Origin: the human T2T-CHM13v2.0 reference genome, Homo sapiens | Reading direction: 5' to 3' (one strand) | Length of the DNA stretch: 64,000 bases | Assembly: GCF_009914755.1 (NCBI RefSeq) | Contig: NC_060929.1 | Position numbers and translations under genes: made by a program | Notes under the pieces: model-generated | What the model saw: only the letters and a program-made list of their open reading frames with translations | Told to the model about the DNA's origin: nothing | The model's database searches: none | Part shown: one piece after another, positions 13,705 to 24,396 of the stretch | How the letters are laid out: each line of letters opens with the position of its first letter | Numbering within the stretch: the first letter of the stretch is position 1

Positions 13705-14908
13705 TTTTTGAAAACTCTTGTATACAACAAATTATTATATCTTATGTTTTAAACCTTTAAAGAGTCATTTTCTACTTGAGCTTCTGGTTATTACATTACA
13801 TACCTAGGAAAACTCATATATGTACAGACATGCATACACAGAAAGGCTTAACTCCAAAACACAAAATATTTCAGTAAAACACCTTAATCCTTCAAATAAG
13901 TGAAAAGAAAAGCTTGCCTGGCCTGATTTCTTTCTTTCTTCTTTTTAAAAAAGCTTATATGAATGTTGTATCCATATAAGAATAATAAGCCCTGCATTGT
14001 TTTAAATAAATCTCTATTTGATCTTCTGGCTTCTTTCTAAAGACACTTTACTTCTCAATAACAATACACTATTTAACTGGATATTGAAATACATAAACAT
14101 ATATTTTATTACAAAACCCTAGAACATAGTCACATTCTAGATGGAGTTCTAAAACTGACAGAATGTTCAGATAGAAAGATGTGAAGGCTATTTAGACATA
14201 TTAGATATTAAAAGAATTGATAAAAATCATTGCTTTTTTATTTAAAAACTTCCTATAGTTGGTAAAGTCAGACAATGACCACCAGAATAATATAATAAAT
14301 AAATCTTATATTCAGAACAAAATTTATTTCATCTGAAAAATATAAAAATGTATTATTACCAACTGGGTCTTATGTATGTCATTCTGATTTAAGTATAGCT
14401 TAAAATATGCTGAGCCTATTATATATGGGACTCTTTCTTATGCACTCTATGTATATTCATTTTACATGGGAATTAAACTCTATAAATTGAGTTCTACAAG
14501 TGCATAAGTACAGAAACAAATAGAAACCTATTTATAGGTAATTGATTTCATGATTTTTGGAGTTGACTAGGTGATTTTTAAGTGGCACTAGCAATGAGGT
14601 CTGCCAAGTTTCTACTTTTGAACATTTCTATACCTTGTGGTCTCAATTTAAAATACATGAGAAATCACAAATTCAAGCAATGCCAGAGATGAAAGGAAGA
14701 CCTTAGCAGCAGCAGGTGGAGCGGAGGAGGTATTATTGAAATACTTGTTGATATGATTCAAGAGTGCTCAAGGCCATCTGATGCTAAGGGCCACAAGCAA
14801 AATCAGCAGAGGCCTAACCTGACTAATTGTCTCCCCTGATTGTGACGGTTTTGATTAGAAGAATAATCAGCTCTCAGCAGCCTGTAGGCAAAAATGCAAA
14901 CTGAAGGA

Positions 14909-14945
14909 GTGTGAGTGTGTGTGTGTGTGTGTATGTGTGTGTGTG
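14909..14945 (+). repeat. (TG)n microsatellite, interrupted
   Basis: GTGTGAGTGTGTGTGTGTGTGTGTATGTGTGTGTGTG. Confidence 0.95.
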
Positions 14946-17900
14946 ACAGATGCATAGCAGAATGAATGCCAGATCAATATTAACCCACTCTTAAAACATT
15001 AAAGGGGTTCCAATATGAACAAAAGCCAATAATTCCCTTCATAGCTAACTAGCATGAACGTTTTTCCTTCTGTCACTTTATAATTGCTTTTATACAATCT
15101 AAAGGAAATGCTGATATTCAGGCTTTCCAAAAGTCCAAATGCATTCATATTTTGTCACTGAAAATTGAAGTCATACAATTCTACAAGTCATTTTTGAGTA
15201 GTTACTTTAAAATACTTTATATTAAACTCAACAAGACATCGTTTTAAGATAAATTAGTAACATTTTTTCTTAAAGCTTTTGCTACTATTTCATCAATATG
15301 TTAATGAAAATGTATAAAAATTATACCTTTGTTTTTAAAATTAAGATTAAGAATATATATTTAATCATCCAAAGGACTACATTAAAATCAGCTGTAATCA
15401 TCATTTGAAGCTTTACTTTGTGATTGTCTGCTTCTTTTTTCAGATGACCAGTCTCTCAGTTTTGTGCAAAGTATCTTAAACTTAGACTAAATGGTAATTT
15501 ACTTCAATTATTATTCCTACATTAGAAAATTTTAAATCTCAAGATTTAGAAATTTAAACTTCCTGAAGTTATTAAGCTCTTAAAGGTGAAAATTTGGGGA
15601 AATTTTATAATATGCAAATACTAACATTTTTTAGTGCCCATAAAAAAGCTAAGGTCATTTGGTTCCTGTGAGAATGTAAAATGTATACTTTATTTGCTTA
15701 CAAATGTATCACATTTAGTATATTTAGATATAGGCAGGGAGGGAATGAGGAAGAATACATTTCAGAAAAAAATGTAAAAATCTTTTGTAAATTGTATTTT
15801 TACTTAAACTTTCTTTCCACTGTGGCTATGAGAGAATGAGAGGGAACAAGAGCAAGAGCAAGTAGAGAGGGAAGGAAGCTTTTAGGTCTGAAGAGTTGAA
15901 ACTGGGTTATTTTAAGCTCCATTCCATGAACAGAGGTGGTTTTATCTTCAGCTAAGTGTTTAAAGGCATGTGATAACACTAAATGCAGATTTCCATCTAC
16001 CTGCTGGACTCAACAAAATCTCAAACCCTCAACTGGTGCCTCCAAATGTAACTGTCAGTCAGCTGATGTCAAAACCTAACGTCTTTTCCATGGCCTTACA
16101 CATCTGGTCCCTGTCAGTGTCAACGAGGTTTGTTGGATGTGGTGTCATGGCAGGCAAATGATTTATATACACAGACCCAAAGATCTCAGAGCTCCTTCAG
16201 AGGATGCATTTCATCTGGTGTACTTGCCATCAACAAATGATTGACTGAAATTAAACAAAACCTTACATCCTGAAACGTGAGCATTCTCTACTCCCCCTCT
16301 TCACTCGGATCATGAATATATTTAGTTAGCCAGGGAGTTCACAAAAGACCCATGTCAACAGTCTATTAGTGAGATAGAAAAAAATGCACATTAAACACCT
16401 CCATGCTTTAGCCTCTGACCTCCTTAAGCTGGCACATTTTTAAAATTCTTTGTGGGATAAGGAATTACTAACCAGCCACACTGGAAACTCAAGAGTAGCT
16501 GGTGATCAAGTCCACCCAGCATTTTCCTTTGCAAATCTTCAGTTGAGGGAAGAAGACCTTCAGAAGTGAGTGTTGCCTTTATCAAATAAATTACCTAAAA
16601 TACTGCACCAGATTAGAACAACAGCAAAAAATTCCTCATTCTTGTCTTTAACCTCTCTTATTTCATCTCCTTAGGACAATGCACAGACATGAGGCACCCA
16701 GAATGTCTCTTTCTTTGCTCTTAAAGTTTATTGTTGCAACCTGGTTATGGATAATTCTTTCCACTTTACTCAGTGTGAATTATTCTTTTTCACAAGCCTC
16801 ATAATGAACTATAAAACTAACACTTTGGTCCAGTTAGCATTAGCATATGTTGAGAACAACTTTAATGCACAGCTGCCCTGACTGGGTGCAGCCAAACTTC
16901 TGATTTTGAGTGCTTCCTGCAGGAAAATGCCATCCACTACCTAGAAATGCTTCATACTCTGCTGTTGTTTGATTAACAGTTTTAGCTTTGACAGACATTA
17001 ATACAATGTTAAAGATATTAATTGTCTCTTAACTTAGAACTCTTAATTGAAAAAGAATTAGGAACCTGGTGAATGGTTACAGGTCCATATTCCACATGGA
17101 GAGGGCTAATTAAGAGCTCTGGGGTGATGGGGTGGTGGCTTAGCTCCTAAAAGGAGGTGTCCATATATATCAATCTAAAGTTAATTTAACCTAAGCTAAC
17201 TAGGGTGTGATTTATATTTTTATCCCAGAGCTCTAGGCCATTTCCCACAGCTCTCTCTTTTAACATGCTGAAACTTGCTTAAGCACTGAAGGAAGAAAAA
17301 AAGTAAGTAATGATTGTTTAGGTAATGTTAGGGTGGTGCAGATCAGCTCTTGAAGAAGCCAGCTGTTCATGCACTGTCATCTATCCATGCAGGCTTGTTC
17401 AAACATGCAAAGCAAGTGGGCTACAGTGCTTTCCATCTATCTAGGTAAAGGTGTAAAAAGTGGCATGTGTAGAAGCCAGCAAACAGCAGCAAAATCTTTT
17501 CAGATCTTGCTAAGCCTCTAGAGAGCTGAAAAACATTCCCTTTTAAGAGAGATGTTTTGAAACCAAGTGCTGTTGCAACTGTGCCAGTGGTTGGGGCATG
17601 TCTCTACACTAGTTGAACAAACCACACTTGTCCCAGCAAATCATCTGGCTTTGCTGCTGCTTTAGATGGGGCTGATCTATACCCTTTTGCATCTCTAATG
17701 CTCACCTCCTGTCCAGATGAGCTCTCTGGTCTAGCTTGCCCCCTTGTTCAATATGGCCATAGAAGAAATTTGGGGAAGGAAATCTGATGTTTGGGGTCTG
17801 TAAGCCCATTTCCTTTATAAATGCTATGCTACTTATCTAGTCAAAATGCATCCCAAGAATCTGCACAACCCTGAATGTTCATTCTGACCCTTAGCACAGT

Positions 17901-18319
17901 TGTTCTGCTAGTGTACACTGCTTCCCTTCACGCTTACTGTTGTGTTCTTAGTGGGGAGGAGTCTCTTCTTGCAGGTCAAACTCTGTACCTCTTTCCTCTT
18001 TGCCCAAGATTAGCTGGGCCCACAGGGTCACAGGCCCTCCAGTCAACCTACCAATGAACAGCCTCAGTGGCCCACTTAACTCTAATTGAAAGGCCCCTTT
18101 TGTCATTTTTAACAGATGTAAAGTGTGTGAATTTAAAATTCCAAATGCTGTTAATATACAACTCGCACAATGTTTTTTGCTTTAACATTCATTGCTGACC
18201 TGTTATGATCTAAAGTTCTCCAAAAGAAAGTTCGTGTTAATACTGCACTCCATAGAGGTGGTAGGAATAGTCTCTAGCCTGATGAAGGCACTCTAGATCC
18301 TTGACTCAGCCTCTGAAGG

Positions 18320-18619
18320 TCTAGGACCTCCCACAGTACCAATATCCATGAATGCTTAAGTCCCTGATATAAAAAGGCATCGCATTTGCATATAACCTAT
18401 GCACATTCTCCTGTATGCTTTAAATCATCTCTAGATTTCTTATGATACCTAATACAATGTAAAAATATGTAAATCATTGTTATACTGTATTGTTTAGAGA
18501 ATAATGGCAAGAAAAAAGTCTGTACATGCTCAGTACAGACACTTTTTATTTCAAATATTTTCAATCCAAGGTTGGTTGAGTCCATGGATGTGGCACCCAT
18601 GTATAAGGAGGGCCGACTG
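18320..18619 (+). mobile_element. MER2 (TcMar-Tigger non-autonomous DNA element), left end missing
   Basis: ATTTGCATATAACCTATGCACATTCTCC...AAATCATCTCTAGAT...AAAAAGTCTGTACATG...GGAGGGCCGACTG followed by a TA target dinucleotide (18620-18621). Confidence 0.88.
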
Positions 18620-18674
18620 TATTTACTTTACCATGTTATTTGAATAAGTTACCTAGTTTAAAAAAATAGCTAAT

Positions 18675-18770
18675 AATAAGGAAAAGTGTGAGCAGGAGAG
18701 AGAATATGGGAATGCTCTGTACTATCTGCTCAATTTCTATAAACACACAATTGTTCTACTAATTTAAAAC
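18675..18770 (+). mobile_element. Old L1M (L1MC/MD-like) 3' end fragment
   Basis: ATATGGGAATGCTCTGTACTATCTGCTCAATTTCTATAAAC resembles the mammalian-wide L1 3' terminus. Confidence 0.6.
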
Positions 18771-18799
18771 AAAACAGCAACAACAAAAACATAGTGATC

Positions 18800-19027
18800 C
18801 TCTGAATTGCTTCACATAGGAGCAGCAACTATGTTCACTTCACATATGTTAATTCGTTTGCTCCTTAAAACAACTCTAAGAAGTGGGTGTTGTTATTTTC
18901 ATTTTGCAGATGTAGTAACAGACAAAGAGAGATTTTAGAACGTGTTCAAGGTTTCTATAGTGGCACCAAGATTCAAGTCCCCTTATCTCCTCTTCCAAAT
19001 CCCATGCTGTTCCCTCTAAACCACACT
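18800..19027 (-). mobile_element. MIR SINE
   Basis: CTCCTTAAAACAACTCTAAGAAGTGGGTGTTGTTATTTTCATTTTGCAGATG...AAGATTCAAGTCC is the antisense MIR core. Confidence 0.7.
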
Positions 19028-19204
19028 ATTTTCTACTATACGTTGATCATATCATATTTATTGCTGGGCTTGGCTACCAGTCAGAGCTAAATGTAATGCT
19101 CAATGAGAGTAAGATACTACTTTTGATATATTTGTTTTCTCTGACCTCTTTACAGTTTTTACAGTTGTTATAATTATTTGAACAGTTTCATCTGATATGC
19201 CTTT

Positions 19205-19590
19205 AATCAGTCATTCAAACACCTTCCCTGAGCTTTAACTATGTGCTATGTATCACCTTGGACTGTGGGGTACAAGGATGAATAGAAAATAATTCCTTTC
19301 CTCAAAGATTTCGGCCTGGTCAGGGGGACAGACCCATAAACTTGTAATTACATTTTGAGATGTAAAGGTGGGATCCCAAATATAGCCTTGGAGATAAGAA
19401 AAGGCTTACCCGAGTCAAAGTTTGAGCAGGAGTTATCTACAATTGGCAGAGGCACTCTAGATAGGATGGGCAGCATGAGGAAACCAAAAGGTACAAAGGT
19501 GAGAAACAAGGTGCCTGGAACCTGGAGTGCTAAAGCCTTTTTGGAAGTGGTGAGACAATAAACTGCAGTTATAAACTAGTACATCATTAT
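19205..19590 (-). mobile_element. L2 fragment
   Basis: TCATTCAAACACCTTCCCTGAGCTTTAACTATGTGC...GGGGTACAAGGATGAATAG...CCTCAAAGA...GGGGGACAGAC is the antisense L2 3' end. Confidence 0.6.
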
Positions 19591-20083
19591 AAAAAAAAAT
19601 TGTGATACAGAAAACAGAGTGCTGAAAACCTCCGTATGGGTATCCTCAATTATTTGCTTAAATCGTAAGGGAAACTATGCATTGAACCGCTGTCTATCTC
19701 ACAACACCATTTAAAACAATTGTTACAGTAACCAAATCACTTCAGTGGTTTTTAAGAAGTATTTTCTTATTGTGTGCAAGAGAAACTTTAATCATCCATT
19801 GTACATCAGGGGAAGAGACAGAATAATTTTAGTCTTTTTTTATTGAAAACTTCAGGATATTGCTGATATTTTAATAAAAGCAGTCTAGATCTTTTTTGTT
19901 TGTTGATTCTCTATAAAGGATTTCTAGGCACAAATTTTGATTTTTGTACCTTGACACCAAAATATACTTTTCCATAAACGTATACCTGACAATTCTTTGT
20001 TCTTTAACTTAAGGAGCATTTCTTCCTTCAAATTTACGTTTAAATTAACTGTTTTATTTTAGGACCTCAAAATATCAATTGGA

Positions 20084-20325
20084 GGCTACTGGCTCACGCC
20101 TGTAATCCCAGCACTTTGAGAGGCTGAGGCAGGTGGATCACCTGAGGTCTGAAGTTTGAGACCAGCCTGGCCAACATGGCAAAACCCCATCTCTACCAAA
20201 AATACAAAAAATTAGGTGGAGGAATTGGGAATAGCTTGAACCTGGGAGGTGGAGGTTGCAGTGAGTTGAGATCACGTCACCACACTCCAGCCTGGGTGAC
20301 AGAGCAAGACTCCATCTCAAAAAAA
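20084..20325 (+). mobile_element. Alu (AluSx-like) with an internal deletion in the right arm
   Basis: Alu left arm, linker and distal right arm; TSD core ATCAATTGGA at 20074-20083 and 20326-20335. Confidence 0.93.
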
Positions 20326-20409
20326 ATCAATTGGAACACATGAAAAAAAAAAAAAAAGAAATGTAGAACAACAAAGCAGAACAAAGGCTAGAACTACAGA
20401 AAAATAGAT

Positions 20410-20570
20410 GGTTAAAGTGAAGTGGGCCTGAAGATCATTTATCCTATGTTCATGTTTTATAGTTGAGTAACTGACACCCAGAAAGGTGAAGTCACTTGGC
20501 TAACATTGCCAAGTTCATTAACGGCAAAGCTCAGAGTAGAGTGAATTCCTGAATTCCAGGACAGTGCTGC
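20410..20570 (-). mobile_element. MIR/MIR3 fragment
   Basis: CATGTTTTATAGTTGAGTAACTGACACCCAGAAAGGTGAAGTCACTTGGCTAA is the antisense MIR core. Confidence 0.65.
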
Positions 20571-23500
20571 AAAAATTATCTCCTGGAGTTCTGTAAATGT
20601 AAAAAAAATTGAAGACCCTGTGAGAGTTGAGAGTTTCTTCCTCTGCTCCACAGGAGTGGAAGGAAAGTGGTCAGAATTGAGTTGTCACGCAATGGCACAG
20701 CAGAAGAAAATTCCTAGCTTCAAGCAATGATTGGTGAGTTCACACTGTCTCAGTGGGGCAGCACCACCTGGAATCTCATATGAGGAAACATCAGATGATA
20801 AGGGCAGCTTGACTGGAGTCAGCTTTAATAGCCTTAACTTTGTCTCCAGTTGCCAACAAACAGCAGGGTCAGCTAGACAGCAGCAGCTACAGGTGGCCAT
20901 CACCACTTCATCTCTCTTCCACTCTGCACGCCTCAAACGCTTAGCCTTAGGAACTGTTTAACCACTGCAGAGGTAACATTTTTAGGGCAATTTTGGCTTT
21001 TCTGGTTTAAAATCAGGAAAGGCTACTGTGTTATACAGAAGATGACTGTAGCCAATAAGGAATTCCATGCAGGAATGGCCTACTCTGCTAATCAAGAGGT
21101 AGGGACCTTTTCTGTGCCCTCATTTAATAATCTGTATTGGAATAAAAGCAGAACATATGTAAAGGCTTGGAAAGTATCTCCTTTTTGATTTTGCTGATGC
21201 CATCCTCATATTGATGAGACGAGAATTTTTTTTTAAGACACTAAAAATGAATTTAAGACATGGATCTAGCACCATGGAGCAAAGGATTATCGGCCCTAAC
21301 CATTTCTGCTCCATGTCTTCTATTATTGCCTGCTGACTATTTCTGCTCATAAGGGACCATGAACTATCCATGAGTGCAAAATGGATACAGCACAAATTGA
21401 TTCAGTAACATCACACAGACACGTATGAATAATGAGGCTCAGTTGCAGTCTGTCACACAGCAAGCCTATCAGCGTAGCTGATTTATCGAAAACTTGAGTG
21501 AGTAAAGCCTCTTTCTTAAGGAAGGTATCAGCTGTTTCTTCACTTTTTTGGTAAAAAATAAATTTGAGCAAACTAAGATCTTTTGTAATTTAAAATGTGA
21601 GAAAAAAAAACCCTGAAAGTAGCTTTCACTATAACTGACCTACTTCTGATATCTTAACCAAAAAACAGAAGAGAGGGAGAAGACAAATGGTACCAACGTT
21701 ACCATAAACCTTAAAGGTTCATCAGAGATGCTAATCAATTTCAAATTCCCTAAGGAAAGCTGTGTCTTTGCATGGGCATCTATGACTGCTAGAGGAATAT
21801 GCCTATGTCATTAAAACAAGGGAAAATAAGCTTGTTATTAGCACCCCTCCCCTTTAGAAGAATATCCTAGGATATTCAATGAGAAAAACAAAAGGACACG
21901 GTATTCATTCCACATCTATCATGCAAATACGGTGGGTGTAGCTATCAAAACCAAAGAGAACAATCACAGCCTCAGGCACAACAGTCCAGCATCTCTGAAA
22001 CTTGCCCTGTATTTCTTTGTGTTTTCAGAGTAGGGAAATTTCAAATTCTGACCACATGCACATTTAAGTAAAAGAGGTAGGAATCAGACTAGATGATGAC
22101 CCCTCCTATCTCTTCTAATTCCCAGGTTCCAGGAGACCTTGAAACTCAAAAATAAAAAAGCAAAAGAACAAAGATTAAGATTTTCCTAAAAAAGAGAGAC
22201 TACAGTAAAAGCATGTGTTAAAATATCCATAATCACAACATCTAAGCAGTTTTCAGATGAAGCAAGGACAGAGAATATACACATAGAGACAGAACTTGCC
22301 TAACAGTAGAGAGAAAGCTATTCAGTAGAATTCTTTAAGGGCAGCAAGGTACCACTTAGTAAGTCACTGAGTTCAAGCCCCAAACAGCATCTTTGGGAAT
22401 CCAGCCGATATACCCCTAAAGAGAGGCCCAATGTGTCAGACATTAAATATAGAGGGGGGAAAAAAAGACCTTTTCTACAGGTTGTAATTGAGGCAAGAGA
22501 GGACGGGGGAGAAAGACTGTGATCTAAGCAAGAGAGAAAAGGGGAAAACCAGCACTCAACTAAATGAACCTAGATCAGCTTATAGATGCAGCATTGCTTC
22601 TGTAGGTCAAAAGTGTTAATTTTATGTGAGAATAGCAAAAGATCCTGTTATTACCTCTTTAAACAAGGCATTATTTTTAAAAGTGAGGAAAATTAAGCAA
22701 ATCCAGCAATAACTTGATTAACCTATTTAGTCATGTTGGTTCATAAAGAATCAATTATTTAATATAGGCATTGAGTAAATTTTTTTTTAAAAAAAGCATC
22801 TGTAATTTATTCACTGGCTCTAGGGATATCTCTGGAATCAAAGACAGCTTAACTGAGTTATGAAGTTCTCACCAAATACTTGTACATGTTTTCAAAGGGC
22901 CCCGAAAGCAGCCCGGTACTTTCTGCTTCAGGCTACACATTAACTAAATTCCAATGTGCCCTGCACAGAGCAACCTCTTCATCAATTATTTCCTGCAACT
23001 CTTCAGAATGTTCTTTTTGCAGCATGTGTGGTTAGACCCTGGGATCACTGTAGAAATCCAGAAAATGCCAGGATGCAGACGGACAGACACACACACCCCA
23101 CGCAAAAACGCCAAGGTCCTAAAACTGCATGAAGTTGTCATCTTCACTGCAAAGAGTGAAGAACTGAGAAAGATCAGAAAAGCTAAGGAGGATAGAGTGT
23201 GCTTGGGAGGAGGTTTGCTGAAGAAAAGAATCAGCAAGAAAGAAAGGAAAGAAAAGGGAAGAGATGAGCAAAAAAGAGAAAATCAAAGATCATCTTTTGT
23301 TTATATAAATAGCTTCTGGATTGTGACTTTTATTTGATGTCAACAACAAATGAACAAACAGGACAAATGCTGTATTGCTGAACTGATAGCCTCATGTTAA
23401 ATAGAAACTTTTCTCCAGAATAAACACCATAGTGCAGAAAGTTCCATGGTAAACGGCTATGGGTCCACACTATGAGTTAGACCTAAAGCATCACACACAG

Positions 23501-23879
23501 CATGGCCCTTGTAGAGCTAATATGTTCTTTCATTCCCAGAATTAAGTCACTAGTCCAATGGAAACACTAACCCTACCAATCTCCCAGAGACTTTGTGATG
23601 AACAAAACATAAGATTAGAGATGAAAACACCTGGCAAAATGTAAAGCTGCACCCTGCTATGTGGGACAGTGCTACTCAGAATGCCTGTTCCCCAAGATGG
23701 AAAAGCATCACATCTGTTTAATAAGCAACTCAGTGGCCTCAGCTAAACCAAGTTTGGTTCTCTTCTTCCTGACACTCCCAAATCCATTGTATGAATGGTT
23801 CACACCTTTTTCTTTGTGCTAAGATTCTAAGGTTTATGAATCTGAAGTTCATTCATGGGAATAAGGAGAAATACCACAC

Positions 23880-24085
23880 AGTGATTTGTGCTGGAAAGAA
23901 AACACAGCTTGCTAGTGGGCAGGAGATGTGGGTTCTAGTCCCCATTCAGTCACTGGCGTCCATCCTGATGCTGAATATGTCATATACTCTCCAGGGTTCA
24001 GTTTCCTCATCTATGAAGCGGGGGATGGAGTAGCTGAGATTAGATAGAGAGGCAAGGGCAGCTCCAGTTCTATAGTCTTTAATTC
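23880..24085 (+). mobile_element. MIR3-like SINE
   Basis: CAGGAGATGTGGGTTCTAGTCCC...CAGTTTCCTCATCTATGAA. Confidence 0.65.
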
Positions 24086-24269
24086 AAAGTTAATCTACTT
24101 TTATTTTTGCTCTAAAATCTAACCACAACCATTCTCCAAAGATTTTGAGGTAATTCAGTTTGATCATTTTTCCAGTAAAATAAATATCATATCACTAAAT
24201 AAAAAAGCAGATTACAATGAAATATATAGAATAATTTTAATCATGTTAACAAATTCACACACATATATT

Positions 24270-24396
24270 TCATACTTTATATATAACATATTCTGGATGG
24301 TGGCATTATAAATAAAGTTCACTTTCATCAGTGTACTTTAAAATATATATATTTCTGATTTTCCTCAATAATACATTTATTTTATAATCAGAAAGA
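24270..24396 (+). mobile_element. L1ME4-like 3' end fragment
   Basis: CTGGATGGTGGCATTATA...ATTTTATAATCAGAAAG resembles the L1ME 3' terminus. Confidence 0.5.

Noticed and set aside
22954-23337. 127-aa ORF with a Lys/Glu-rich C-terminus
   Set aside because: Explained by a purine-rich low-complexity tract; no recognisable homology or convincing exon boundaries.
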